Shown piece by piece: positions 12,053 through 21,972 of a stretch of 64,000 nucleotides of DNA. Every line of letters begins with the position of its first letter. Positions within the stretch are counted from its first letter, which is position 1. The DNA is taken from assembly GCA_963726245.1 (NCBI GenBank), contig CAVSBT010000015.1, forward strand, positions 1 through 64,000. Direction: 5' to 3'. The DNA comes from an uncultured Chloroflexia bacterium (lineage in GTDB: Bacteria > Chloroflexota > Dehalococcoidia > DSTF01 > JALHUB01). The notes beneath the pieces were generated by a model that worked only from the letters and a program-made list of their open reading frames with translations, ran no database searches and was not told the DNA's origin. Made by a program: the position numbers and the translations under genes.

Positions 12053-12250
12053 TTACCTGCGCCGTCGCGGTGAGGTAGCCAGGAGGACTGCCATGCCTGA
12101 CCCGAAGGCAGCTATCTCCGCCAGGACTAGGAGAGGCCACGGGGAGAGGCCGGTAGACAGCCAGTAGAGCAGGCCGATGATTGCTGCTAGGGCGCTCACG
12201 GCCAGGGCGGCGACTAGCACCTCTTCAACTAAGGGATCAAGTCCAGCCAT
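12053..12250 (-). CDS. Small two-helix membrane protein (hypothetical)
   Basis: 65-aa ORF with two hydrophobic segments and a basic C-terminus. Confidence 0.4.
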   Translation of the reverse strand: MAGLDPLVEEVLVAALAVSALAAIIGLLYWLSTGLSPWPLLVLAEIAAFGSGMAVLLATSPRRRR

Positions 12251-12481
12251 TGTTGCTTGGCGTCACAGCCGCCGCCACCTCCCCGGCCGACCCAGGGCCT
12301 CGTTCTTGGCGCGGCGAGCTTTCTGTCTCTAGGTCCGATCTTACACCAAATCGCTCGGGATGAGTTGCCCGTTCTTGTTCGAGCGGACACGCCGCCGCGC
12401 TGGTGCTATAATCGGGAGCGCTGGCGGGCGTTAGGCGACGGTTCAGCCATGAGGAGGAGCCGTCCGGGAGGGAGGGACCCC

Positions 12482-13000
12482 ATGAAGAAGAGGTTCGCCT
12501 GGTTAGTCGTGGTGTGCACCGGTCTCGGGCTGCTTGTCACGGGCTGCGCCTGGGGCGTCGTGACCGATGCCCAGACGGGGGCGCCGGTGAACGGCGCCAG
12601 CGTCATCTACGTTGATAGCCAGGGCAACGTCAGCTCGAAGGTGACGGGCCCCAGCGGGCTCTACGGATTCAACGCCCTGCAGGGTGACCGCATCCCTGCC
12701 AGCGGTCCTGTCAGGTTCGTTGTCCTGGCGCCCGGCTACCAGACGCTGGTGGTGGAAAGAGACGTGCAGTACAACGACAACAGCGCGGGTACCTGGGAGG
12801 TACAGAGCTTCGAGCTGATCAGGAAGCCAACTTCTACCGCCACACCCACGTCGTCGCCCGTGGCGACCACGACGCAAACGCTCACGCCACGCCAACGCGC
12901 ACCGCTACCCCCACACCCACCGCCACGCCCACTCCAACGCCGACGGCTACAGCCACTCCCACGCTGACGCCGACAGAGGCGGCGACCGCAGCGACAATAA
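12482..13000 (+). CDS. Lipoprotein with carboxypeptidase-regulatory-like beta domain and Thr/Pro-rich tail (tail frameshifted)
   Basis: RBS GGAGG; MKKRFAWLVVVCTGLGLLVTGC lipobox; GVVTDAQTGAPVNGASV...TGPSGLY; TATPT repeats; TATAAT near 12407. Confidence 0.75.
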
Positions 13001-13096
13001 CGATTGTGTTTAGGTAGCCCACGGGAAGCCAACGACGCCGAAGGCCAGGCTTCAAGCCTGGCCTTTAGATTTGCCGGACTCAGCCAGACGCGTCCT

Positions 13097-13670
13097 CTAG
13101 GGCCTCGGCCGCTTCACGGCGGGTTGGTGCGCCATCGCCTGGGCAGTGAGCCTCCTGCCGCCGATGGATGCCATCTCCTTCGCCAGACGAAAGCGGTCCC
13201 ACAGGTCCACACCATTTCGATCCGCCAACTGAGCGGCCTGGCGAGTGAAGAAGCTGTTCGTGACCACCATCGCCTTGTCGCAGGAGTAGTAGCCTCTCGC
13301 GGCCACTGCCTCTTGGACGGCCCTAACGCCCTACCTTCCTTCGATGCCGTTTGGCCTGGACGACCACTCGCTCGCCCTTGCTGCTTGCCACGAGGTCGGC
13401 CCCGAAGTCGCCGTGTCTGGCCGTTCGCTGCACGTGGAATCCGAGCTTGCTGAAGAGAATGGCCAGATAACGCTCGAAGTCGTAGCCACTCATGGCGTCG
13501 ACGTCCCTCAACCCGGACCTGGCGAGCCAGCGCCTTCGATGCAGGGCAAGCGCCAGATCTATCGTGGCCAGCAGGGCGAGCAAGAGCCATACGGGCCATA
13601 CGGCTATCAGAGCCCGCAGGAGGCCGTCTGCAAATGCGTTAACCAGCGGGTCTGTCTGCCAAGGCACCAT
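13097..13670 (-). CDS. Mrr-like (type IV) restriction endonuclease-domain membrane protein, frameshifted
   Basis: MSGYDFERYLAILF..LGF, GDFGADLVA, VVQAKR, AMVVTNSFFT..A..LA..NGVDLWDR. Confidence 0.82.
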
Positions 13671-13729
13671 CTGCGCTCCCTGAGATCAAGGCTCGCCGGA
13701 GCGACCCTCCGGGCTCGTGGGGAATGCCC

Positions 13730-14239
13730 TTACGCCGCTGCGCCCACGTCTTCGGAGAGCTTGCGGACGGCCACCTGGAAGAGGGTGCCGGCGTCCATGC
13801 CGTCGTCGGGGAAGATCGCCAGGCCGGCCCGCCAGGTGCCGGGGCCGCCGCGCACGCGCGTGGCAAGCGAGCCCTTGATTCGAAAGGCCACCGTCCGCGC
13901 CGTGTTGCGTTCGGATTCCACCAGCAAGGCGGCAAAACGGGTTCGTTCGTACTGGGCCGCGAGGTCTGTCTGGCGTAGGCCTTCCTTGATGACGTCGCCG
14001 ATCCTGGCGATGGTCTCGTCGGCGAGCACCTCGCCCGGCAGAAGGCGCGGCTCCCAGAAGGCCAGCGCAAAGGCACGCGCGGACCGGGCGCACCTCTGCA
14101 CCTCTTCGTGCACCCGGCGCTCGAAGTACCAGCTCTTGTAGAGCCCGCTGGCCTCGTCAAAGAGAACGGCCTCTGGGCTCGCCCTGGCCTCGTGAGCGGG
14201 CTCCTGACCCTCTTTGGCCTCCTTGGAGCGGCCGAACAT
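13730..14239 (-). CDS. Stand-alone degenerate GGDEF-domain protein
   Basis: DEASGLY...FERRVHEEVQR, LRQTD (RxxD site), catalytic loop replaced by QYERTRF, GLAIFPDDG. Confidence 0.75.
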   Translation of the reverse strand: MFGRSKEAKEGQEPAHEARASPEAVLFDEASGLYKSWYFERRVHEEVQRCARSARAFALAFWEPRLLPGEVLADETIARIGDVIKEGLRQTDLAAQYERTRFAALLVESERNTARTVAFRIKGSLATRVRGGPGTWRAGLAIFPDDGMDAGTLFQVAVRKLSEDVGAAA

Positions 14240-14462
14240 GGTCCTCTCGATCCCCCTATTAGTCTATTATCGGCTTGAGCAGACGGTGTCTATTGGGGTT
14301 TCCACGGGTTGAACAGCGTTCGGCCTTCGCATTGGCTACTTCTGGCGGTCGCCGATGCGCTCTTGACGCGCGCCGCGCCGGAGAGGATAACGATGGCGGG
14401 AGAATCCACGGTTCGCAGCGCCGTCCGGCCAGCGGCGATTGCCGGGGAGGCCGTTATCTGAC

Positions 14463-14876
14463 ATGACACCTGTGCCGTCCAGGGCCGCCTTTTTCCGGCG
14501 GAAGCGGTTCTTAATCGCCGCCCTGGTCGTGATGGCGGCCGTCGGCGCCCTCATCTACATAGGCGTGCGCGGCAGCTCCATGTACTACATGACGCTGGCT
14601 GAGATGAGGGACCGCGGCGACACCGTCTACGGCGACAAGATCCGGCTGGGGGCGACGGTGGTGGATGGCTCCATCGAGTCGGGCGCCGACGGCGTGACGC
14701 GCTTCACAGTGACTGACGGCGCCAGCGAGCTGCCGGTGTCGTACAAAGGCGGCCTCCCCGACACGTTCGCGGCCGGCGCCGACGTCGTCCTCCAGGGCAG
14801 ACTGACACCGTCGGGGACCTTCGAGGCCTCGTCTCTGCTCACCAAGTGTCCCAGCAAGTACAAGCCCGGCGGGTAG
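14463..14876 (+). CDS. ccmE: Cytochrome c maturation heme chaperone CcmE, CxxxY variant
   Basis: N-terminal TM helix, YYMT, IRLGATVVDGS, Y.G.LPDTF, LLTKCPSKY. Confidence 0.9.
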   Translation: MTPVPSRAAFFRRKRFLIAALVVMAAVGALIYIGVRGSSMYYMTLAEMRDRGDTVYGDKIRLGATVVDGSIESGADGVTRFTVTDGASELPVSYKGGLPDTFAAGADVVLQGRLTPSGTFEASSLLTKCPSKYKPGG

Positions 14877-14900
14877 TCGGGGTCGTGGAAAGGGCCCGGC

Positions 14901-16900
14901 ATGGCTGACATCGGCTATGTTGCCCTGAGCTTGGCGTTCGTGCTGGCTGCTTATGCGGCGGTCGCTGCCCTCATTGCGGTTCGAAGCGGCCAGGGCGACC
15001 TGTGGCTGAGCGCCCGCAACGCCGTCTGGGCCGCGCTGGCCCTGACCAGCGTGGCGTCGGCAGCCCTCCTCTACTCCCTGGCGACGCGCGACTTCAGCCT
15101 CCGCTACGTCGCCGAGTACACCAGCCGCGACCTCTCGATGCCGCTCACCCTCTCGGCCTGGTGGGCCGGACAGGCGGGCTCGCTGCTCTTCTGGTCCTGG
15201 CTCCTGGCCGTCTTCGCCGGCGTCGTGCTCATTCAGAACCGTCGCCAGAACAGAGGAATTGACGCCGTACACGGTCGCCGTGATCATGGCCATCCTCGCC
15301 TTCTTCCTGGGGATCGTCGTCTTCAGCGCCAACCCGTTCGAGAAGCTTCCCTCCACGCCCGCCGACGGCCTGGGCCTGAGCCCTCTGCTCCAGAACAGGG
15401 GCATGCTCTATCACCCGCCGGCGCTCTACCTGGGCTACGTGGGGTTTGTGGTCCCCTACGCCTACGCCATGGCCGCCCTCATGAGCGGCCGCCTGGGCAA
15501 CGAGTGGCTCCGTGCCAGCCGGCGCTGGACCCTCTTCGCTTGGCTCTTCCTGGGAGCGGGCAACCTGCTGGGCGCCCAGTGGGCGTACACGGTCCTGGGC
15601 TGGGGCGGCTTCTGGGGCTGGGACCCGGTGGAGAACGCCGGCCTGATGCCCTGGCTGACCGGCACCGCCTTCCTGCACTCGGTGATGGTCCAGGAGAGGC
15701 GGGGGATGTTCAAGGTCTGGAACATGGCCCTCATCACGGCCACCTTCAGCCTCTGTCTCTTCGGGACGGCGGTGACCAGGGGCGGCATCCTCTCCTCGGT
15801 GCACGCCTTCTCCGCCGGCCCGCTCGGCTGGGCGCTGATCGGCCTGATGGCGGCCCTGCTGCTGGCGTCGCTCGCGCTGCTCTGGAAGCGGCTGCCCGAG
15901 TTACGTAGCGAGCACGAGCTGGACTCCCTGATCTCGAGGGAGAGCAACTTCAACTTCAACAACCTCATTCTGATCGCCGCCGCCGCCGCCATCCTCTGGG
16001 GCACAGTGCTGCCCCGCGTCACGGACGCTCTGCCCGGCGGCAGCATCACCGTCGACGCCTCCTTCTACAACCGGGTGGCCGGCCCCCTCTTCCTGGCGAT
16101 CATCGTGCTCATGGGCGTTTGTCCCCTCATCGGCTGGCGGAGGGTGTCGCGCGCGAACCTGGTGCGGAACGCCCTGCTGCCCGTGGCCGTAGCCCCAATA
16201 GTGGCGGCTCTTCTCTACTGGCAGGGCGTGAGGTCGCCGCCCGCTCTGCTGGCCTTCCCCGCGATGGCTTTCGTGGCGGCGGCCAGCCTTCAGGAGTTCT
16301 ACCGAGGCGTGCGCGCGCGGGTCCGCGGCCACGGCGACAGCCTGCTCTGGGCGCTGCCCCGGCTGGTCTGGTCGAACAAGCCCCGCTACGGCGGACAGGT
16401 CGTCCACCTGGGGATCATCCTGGTCGCGATGGGGGTGGCGTCCTACTTCATGTACTCGACGAGCGCCAGCGGCGTCCTGGCGCCGGGCGAATCGCTCACC
16501 GTCGGCAGGTACGAGCTCACCTTCGATGGCCTCGAGCAGCGCTCGACGGCGACGCGCGACATCATGGCCGCGAATCTGGCAGTTACCAAGGACGGCGAGC
16601 CGGACGGCGCCATCGCCCCGGAGGAGGTCCTCTTTCGCGCGCAGAGGAGCGTCACGGCCAGCGTTGGGCTGCGCAGCGGCCTGCGAGAGGACCTGTACGT
16701 CATCCTGGACAGCGTGGGCGAGGATGGTCGGGCCGGCATCCGTGCCTTCGTGAACCCGATGGTCAACTGGATCTCGGATCGGCGGCGGCGTCATGCTGGT
16801 CGGCGCCGCCATCGCCTTCTGGCCCGACCGCCGGGAGCGGCGGGTTGCCGTCCACTTGACGGAGACGGAGCTCCGCGCCCTGGAGGTGAGCCGTGCGTAG
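14901..16900 (+). CDS. ccmF: Cytochrome c heme lyase CcmF, frameshifts near 15258 and 16775
   Basis: WAGQAGSLLFW, GLSPLLQN, HPPALYLGY, LGWGGFWGWDPVEN, SVHAF, YGGQVVHLG, EDLYV, NPMVNWI. Confidence 0.92.
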
Positions 16901-16994
16901 GTGGGCTCCCGTCCTTCGGCGCGGCGGACCGTTTCGTCACCTCTGCGGCGGGTGTATCCTGGCTGCGCCGACGATGTCGAGTAGGGAGAGCTAG

Positions 16995-17273
16995 GTGGTT
17001 GCCTTCGTTGCCCTGTTGATGACCGCGGTCGTCTTCGGCGTTGTGGGCTATCCGCTGCTCCGGCCGGGCCGCGGCAGAGGAGACCTGGCGCCCACCGGCC
17101 AGCGCGAGATAGAGGTGCTCCTTGTCCGCCGCGACGAGGCCTACGCCGCTATCGAGGAGCTGGAGTCCGAGTTTCACCTCGGCAACCTGTCGCAGCGGGA
17201 GTACGAGGAGCTGGGCGCCCGCTACCGCCAGCGGGCAGAGGATGTCCTCCGAGAACTGGAGGCCATCCAGTGA
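16995..17273 (+). CDS. Small CcmI/CycH-like N-terminal membrane protein
   Basis: TM helix then YPL...AIEELESEFHLGNLS..EY..L..RY; located between ccmF and ccmA. Confidence 0.6.
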   Translation: MVAFVALLMTAVVFGVVGYPLLRPGRGRGDLAPTGQREIEVLLVRRDEAYAAIEELESEFHLGNLSQREYEELGARYRQRAEDVLRELEAIQ

Positions 17274-17995
17274 GGATCGACGGCTCCCAGGGCGGCATCG
17301 AGGTCGTCGGGCTGCGCAAGTCGTTCGGCCCCCTCTCTGTGCTGCGCGGGGTCGACCTGGAGGTCCTGCCGGGGGAGCGGGTCCTGCTGGTGGGGCCCAA
17401 CGGCTCAGGCAAGACCACGCTCATCAAGATCCTGGCCACCCTCCTGAGGCCCACGGCCGGCTGCGCGCGCGTGGCCGGCTTCGACGTGGTGCTCCAGGCG
17501 GACATGGTACGGCGCTGCGTGGGGCTCGTCGGCCACCAGACGCTTCTCTACGGGGAGCTTACGGCGGGCGAGAACCTGGCCTTCTATGCCCGCATGTACG
17601 GCGTTGAGGACGGCGACCGCTGCCGCGAGCTGCTCGCGCTGGTGGGCCTCGCCGACCGGGCCGGCAGGCAGACGCGCACCCTCTCCCGTGGCATGCAGCA
17701 GCGGCTGGCGCTGGCGAGGGTCGTCCTTCACCGGCCGCCGGTCCTTCTCCTCGACGAGCCGGACGCGGGCCTCGACCAGCAGGGCCTGACGGTGCTGGAC
17801 GGGATGCTGAGAGACGCCGCCGGTTCGGGCTGCGCCGTTCTCCTCACCAGCCATGACCTGCAGCGGGGCCTGGAGATGGCCAGCCACGTGGCCGTCCTGT
17901 CGAAGGGGCGCATCGTCTTTCAGGCCCGCAGGGAAGAGTTCAATGCTGGAGACTTTGAAGAAGCCTACCGTCGCCATATCGGCGCCGCGTCCTGA
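17270..17995 (+). CDS. ccmA: Heme ABC exporter ATP-binding protein CcmA
   Basis: GPNGSGKTT, LYGELTAGENL, LSRGMQQRLALAR, LLDEPDAGLD; position in the ccm operon. Confidence 0.88.
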   Translation: MRIDGSQGGIEVVGLRKSFGPLSVLRGVDLEVLPGERVLLVGPNGSGKTTLIKILATLLRPTAGCARVAGFDVVLQADMVRRCVGLVGHQTLLYGELTAGENLAFYARMYGVEDGDRCRELLALVGLADRAGRQTRTLSRGMQQRLALARVVLHRPPVLLLDEPDAGLDQQGLTVLDGMLRDAAGSGCAVLLTSHDLQRGLEMASHVAVLSKGRIVFQARREEFNAGDFEEAYRRHIGAAS

Positions 17996-18011
17996 GACGC
18001 AGGCCCGCGCA

Positions 18012-18704
18012 GTGAGCCTGCGGGTCTCCCTAGGCCAGGTCTGGGCCATCGTCAGGAAGGACGTGCGGGCCGAGCTGCGCAGCAAGGAGATCATAGCTGC
18101 CACCTGGGTCTTCGCGCTGCTGGTGCTCGTCGTCTTCAACTTCGCGTTCGACCTGGAGCGGGAGGAGATAGGCCCCGCCGGGCCGGGGATGCTGTGGGTC
18201 GCCATTGTGCTGGCCGGCATGCTGGGCCTGAACCACGTCTTCGCCAGGGAGAGGGAGCAGTCCTGCCTGGAGGGGTTGCTTCTCTGCCCTGTGGACCGGA
18301 GCGTCATCTACTTCGGCAAGCTGGCGGGAGCGCTCGTCTTTACCCTGGCTCTAGAGGTGGCGGTGCTGCCCGTCTTCGCCCTCTTCACGAGCCTGCCCGT
18401 CTTCACGCCGGGGCCTCTGCTGGTGCTGCTCCTGGGCACCGTGGGCTTCGTGGCCGTGGGGACGCTCTTCGCGGCCATCGCCGCCAACGCCAGGACCCGC
18501 GAGGTGCTGCTGCCGGTCCTGCTCCTGCCGGTCGCCACGCCTGTGCTGGTGTCGGCGGTGAACGCCACCGGCCTCAGCTTCGACGGCAAGCCGTGGTCGG
18601 AGCTGGCCCCCTGGCTGGGCATCCTGGCCGCCTTCGACGCGATCTACCTGGTCCTCGGCCCCTGGCTCTTCGGCCAAGTGGTGCAGGAGATGGGGCCCGA
18701 GTGA
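18012..18704 (+). CDS. ccmB: Heme exporter permease CcmB
   Basis: KDVRAELRSKE, FAREREQSCLEGLLL.P, REVLLPVLLLP. Confidence 0.9.
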   Translation: MSLRVSLGQVWAIVRKDVRAELRSKEIIAATWVFALLVLVVFNFAFDLEREEIGPAGPGMLWVAIVLAGMLGLNHVFAREREQSCLEGLLLCPVDRSVIYFGKLAGALVFTLALEVAVLPVFALFTSLPVFTPGPLLVLLLGTVGFVAVGTLFAAIAANARTREVLLPVLLLPVATPVLVSAVNATGLSFDGKPWSELAPWLGILAAFDAIYLVLGPWLFGQVVQEMGPE

Positions 18705-18714
18705 GAGGGTGTCG

Positions 18715-19436
18715 ATGCGAACCGTGACCGGCGCCTGGAACGTGGGCTTCCTCCGCGGCGGGCCGCCGCCTTCACCGGGCGCTGCTGGGGACGACGCTGG
18801 CCGTGGGGCTGCTGGCCCTCTACATGGCCTTCGTCTATGCGCCCAGGGAGGCCACCATGGGCGACGTCCAGCGCATCTTCTACTTCCACGTTGGTGCGGC
18901 CTGGACGGCCTTTCTGGCTTTCTTCGTGGTGTTCCGTGGGCGGGCTGGCCTACCTGCGCACCGGCGACCGGCGCTGGGATGCCCTGGCCCTCTCCTCGGC
19001 CGAGATCGGGGTGGTCTTCACGACCATCACGCTGGCCACGGGCTCCATCTGGGCCAAGCCGGCCTGGGGCGCCTGGTGGACCTGGGACCCCCGTCTCACC
19101 ACCACCACCGTGCTCTGGCTGATCTACGTCTCCTACCTCATCCTGCGCGGCGCCATCGACGAGCCGGACCGGCGGGCCCGTCTTGCCGCCGTGGTGGGCA
19201 TCGCGGGCTTCGTCGACGTGCCCATCGTGTTCCTGTCCATCCGACTCTGGCGGACCATTCACCCGACGCTTGTGAAGTCTGAGGGCTTTGACATGGCGCC
19301 GCAGATGGTATACGCGCTCATCGCCGCCCTGCTGGCCTGCACGCTGATCTACGCGTACCTCCTCCTGGTGCGCACGTCCCTGGAGAGGCGGCGCCTGGAG
19401 CTGGAAGCGGCGAAGCGGGCCCTCGGCTTGTATTAG
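18715..19436 (+). CDS. ccmC: Heme exporter/cytochrome c assembly protein CcmC, frameshifted
   Basis: GDVQRIFYFHV, GSIWAKPAWGAWWTWDPRLT (WWD motif), WRTIHP. Confidence 0.9.
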
Positions 19437-19452
19437 AGGGAGAGGGGAAGAA

Positions 19453-19680
19453 GTGGGCGATCTCTGGTATCTGGCCCTGGCCTATGGGGTCATCTGGGCC
19501 GTCCTGCTCGGCTACGTGTACAGCATCGCGCGACGCCAGGAGAGCCTGCGTCGGGAGATGAAGGCCGTCGAGGAGGCGCTGGAGGGCCGGCCGGAGGCTG
19601 AGCCGGAAGAGGAGGAGGCTGAGCCCTTCCTGGCCCTGGTCAAGGGCGACGGCGCCCGCTCGGGGACAGGATCGCCCTGA
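19453..19680 (+). CDS. ccmD: CcmD family small membrane protein
   Basis: YLALAYGVIWAVLLGYVYSIARRQ, directly after ccmC. Confidence 0.75.
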   Translation: MGDLWYLALAYGVIWAVLLGYVYSIARRQESLRREMKAVEEALEGRPEAEPEEEEAEPFLALVKGDGARSGTGSP

Positions 19681-19749
19681 GGCTCTGGTGTACAATGGGC
19701 GCGCGGCCCGCCTGGTCCTGAGGCGGGGAACGCGGGAAGGCACGGAAGC

Positions 19750-20823
19750 ATGAGGACGCTCGAAAGTGGGCTCGTGCAGCGCATAGCGGTGGCAGGAGCC
19801 CTCTTCTTTGCGTTGCTGGCCTTTGGCGTGGTGGGCTATGCCCTCATCGAAGGCTGGTCCTTCCTCGACGCTCTCTACATGACCGTCACCACGGTGTCGA
19901 CCGTGGGCTTCCGCGAGGTAGAGCCCCTATCGGCGGGCGGTCGGGTCTTCACAATGTTCCTCATCGTGTTCGGAGTGGGCGTGTTCTTCTATGCCTTCAC
20001 CGCCGTCGTTCAGATCGCGGTGGAGGGCGAAATGGGAAGGTTGCTGGGGGTGACGCGCATGAAGGCGAGGATCGGCGGCCTCAAGGATCACTACATCCTC
20101 TGCGGGTTTGGGCGTGTGGGCGAGGAGGTCGCGCTGGAGTTGAAGGCACGCGGCACGCCGTTCGTCATCGTCGACTCCAATGCCGAGGCCCTGGCGCGGG
20201 CCCGCCGCTATAGCTACCTCGTGGTCGAGGGCGACGCCACCTCAGACGTCACTCTCCAGGACGCGGGCATCGGCCGCGCCGCAAGCCTCCTGGCCGCCGC
20301 CGACTCCGACTCCGGCAACACTTACATCACCCTCACCGCCAAGGCGCTCAACCCCGACGTGTTCGTCGTCGCCCGCGTTGGCCAGCCCGTCAACGAATCC
20401 AAGCTGAGGCGGGCGGGCGCCGACCGCGTCATCTCACCCTACCTGCTCGCGGGCCGCCGCATGGTCCTCTCGGCGCTCCAGCCATTGATGCTGGACTTCG
20501 TGGACACTCTGGCCCGGGGCCGCTCCGGCGAGCGGATTCTGGCGGAACTGGAGGTGACGGAGGACTCCGGTCTGGACGGCGCGCCGGTAAAGGGAGTGCA
20601 CGGCCTCTGGCCTTCGGTCACTATCCTGGGTATCCAGAAGGGTGACGGACGCCTTATCGTCACGCCCCGGCCCGACGAGGTGCTGGCCGTGGGCGACCGC
20701 CTGATGGTCTATGGTGAGGAGGAGGAGTTGGAGCGCCTCAGCCCCCGCCTGAAGGCTCATGAAGAAACCCGCATCAAGGAGAAGGCCCCAGCGGCCGGGC
20801 GCGGCGGAGCGACGGGCGTCTAG
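19750..20823 (+). CDS. Two-TM potassium channel with TrkA-N/TrkA-C (RCK) domains
   Basis: DALYMTVTTVSTVGF filter, HYILCGFGRVG, GDAT, GADRVISPY. Confidence 0.9.
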   Translation: MRTLESGLVQRIAVAGALFFALLAFGVVGYALIEGWSFLDALYMTVTTVSTVGFREVEPLSAGGRVFTMFLIVFGVGVFFYAFTAVVQIAVEGEMGRLLGVTRMKARIGGLKDHYILCGFGRVGEEVALELKARGTPFVIVDSNAEALARARRYSYLVVEGDATSDVTLQDAGIGRAASLLAAADSDSGNTYITLTAKALNPDVFVVARVGQPVNESKLRRAGADRVISPYLLAGRRMVLSALQPLMLDFVDTLARGRSGERILAELEVTEDSGLDGAPVKGVHGLWPSVTILGIQKGDGRLIVTPRPDEVLAVGDRLMVYGEEEELERLSPRLKAHEETRIKEKAPAAGRGGATGV

Positions 20824-21787
20824 CCAGGGCTCCACGACCCGACACGCCCTGCTCGTCGTCAATCCGGCGGCGCGTGGTCTGCCGCCGCTGCCCAAGATCC
20901 AGGAGGCGGCCGGCTGGCTGCGGTCGCGCGGCTGGGACGTGGCCGTTGAGATGACGGCGGCCCCCGGCGAGGCCACCAAGCTTGCCCGCCGCGCCGCTTC
21001 GAGCGGTAGCTCTGTTGTGGTGGCCTGCGGCGGCGACGGCACCATCCACGAGGTCGTCAACGGCCTCGCCGGCAGCGACGCGACGCTGGCCGTCATCCCC
21101 GGCGGCACAGCCAACGTCTGGGCCAAGGACGCGCGTCTGCCCCGCGATCCCCTGGAGGCGGCCAATGTCATCGATGCGGGGCGCCGACGGCGGGTTGACC
21201 TCGGGCTGATCGAGTGGGCGCCGCCCAGGTGGGCGCGTCCCGACCGCGGCGCCGAGAAGCGCTACTTCCTGCTGATGGCCGGCGTCGGTCTGGACGCCCA
21301 CGTGGTGGCCCGGGTGCCCCAGGGCTGGAAGCGCCGCCTGGGGGCCGCCGCTTATGTCCTGACAGCGGCCCGCGAGGCCCTCTTCTACCGTAGCCGGCCT
21401 GTCGAGCTGGAGCTGGACGGCCGCGAGCGGCTGAACCTGCGCCTGGGGTGGATGCTCGCCGGCAACACCCGCGGCTACGGCGGGGTGACTCGCGTCACCA
21501 GCCGGGCCCTGGTCGACGATGGTCTGCTGGATCTCCTGATCTTCCGGGGCTACGACCTGCTGCGGGCGACCGGCTACGGTCTGGCCACCCTGGCCGGCTG
21601 GCACCACGGCGCACCCGGCGTCGCCTACCGGCAGGCGGCGGAGATAGACGTGGCCGGCCCCTCGGCGCTGCCGGTCCAGGCAGACGGTGAGTTCGTCGGC
21701 TATACGCCGCTGAGGCTGCAGGTGGTGCCGGGCGCCCTCCAGGTTCTTGTGCCCGACGAGCCCAATCCCCTCTTCAGCGCGACCTAG
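20759..21787 (+). CDS. Diacylglycerol kinase family lipid kinase (YegS/BmrU-like); start uncertain
   Basis: VNPAA, GGDGTIHEVVNG, IPGGTANVWA, GVGLDA, QADGE. Confidence 0.88.
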   Translation: MKKPASRRRPQRPGAAERRASSQGSTTRHALLVVNPAARGLPPLPKIQEAAGWLRSRGWDVAVEMTAAPGEATKLARRAASSGSSVVVACGGDGTIHEVVNGLAGSDATLAVIPGGTANVWAKDARLPRDPLEAANVIDAGRRRRVDLGLIEWAPPRWARPDRGAEKRYFLLMAGVGLDAHVVARVPQGWKRRLGAAAYVLTAAREALFYRSRPVELELDGRERLNLRLGWMLAGNTRGYGGVTRVTSRALVDDGLLDLLIFRGYDLLRATGYGLATLAGWHHGAPGVAYRQAAEIDVAGPSALPVQADGEFVGYTPLRLQVVPGALQVLVPDEPNPLFSAT

Positions 21788-21837
21788 CAGGGTGCCAAAG
21801 AAGGCGACGCTCGCCCTTCGACGGTGGGTGGGATCCC

Positions 21838-21883
21838 GTAGGGGCGAGCTTCAGCTCGGCCTGGACTAAAGCTCTGTCCCTAC
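21838..21883. repeat. GTAG-type REP/REPIN-like palindrome
   Basis: GTAGGGGCGAGCTTCAGCTCG...CTAAAGCTCTGTCCCTAC between convergent genes. Confidence 0.65.
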
Positions 21884-21972
21884 GGATGGCAGTGCGTCAG
21901 CCTACTACCTCAATGGCCATAGGTCGCCGCTACGGGAGAGGGCTCCAGCCGCAAGTAGCTGCAGATATGCCC

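Noticed and set aside
12830-13000. ACGCC-rich tandem repeats as a DNA element
   Set aside because: They are explained by a Thr/Pro-rich protein linker.
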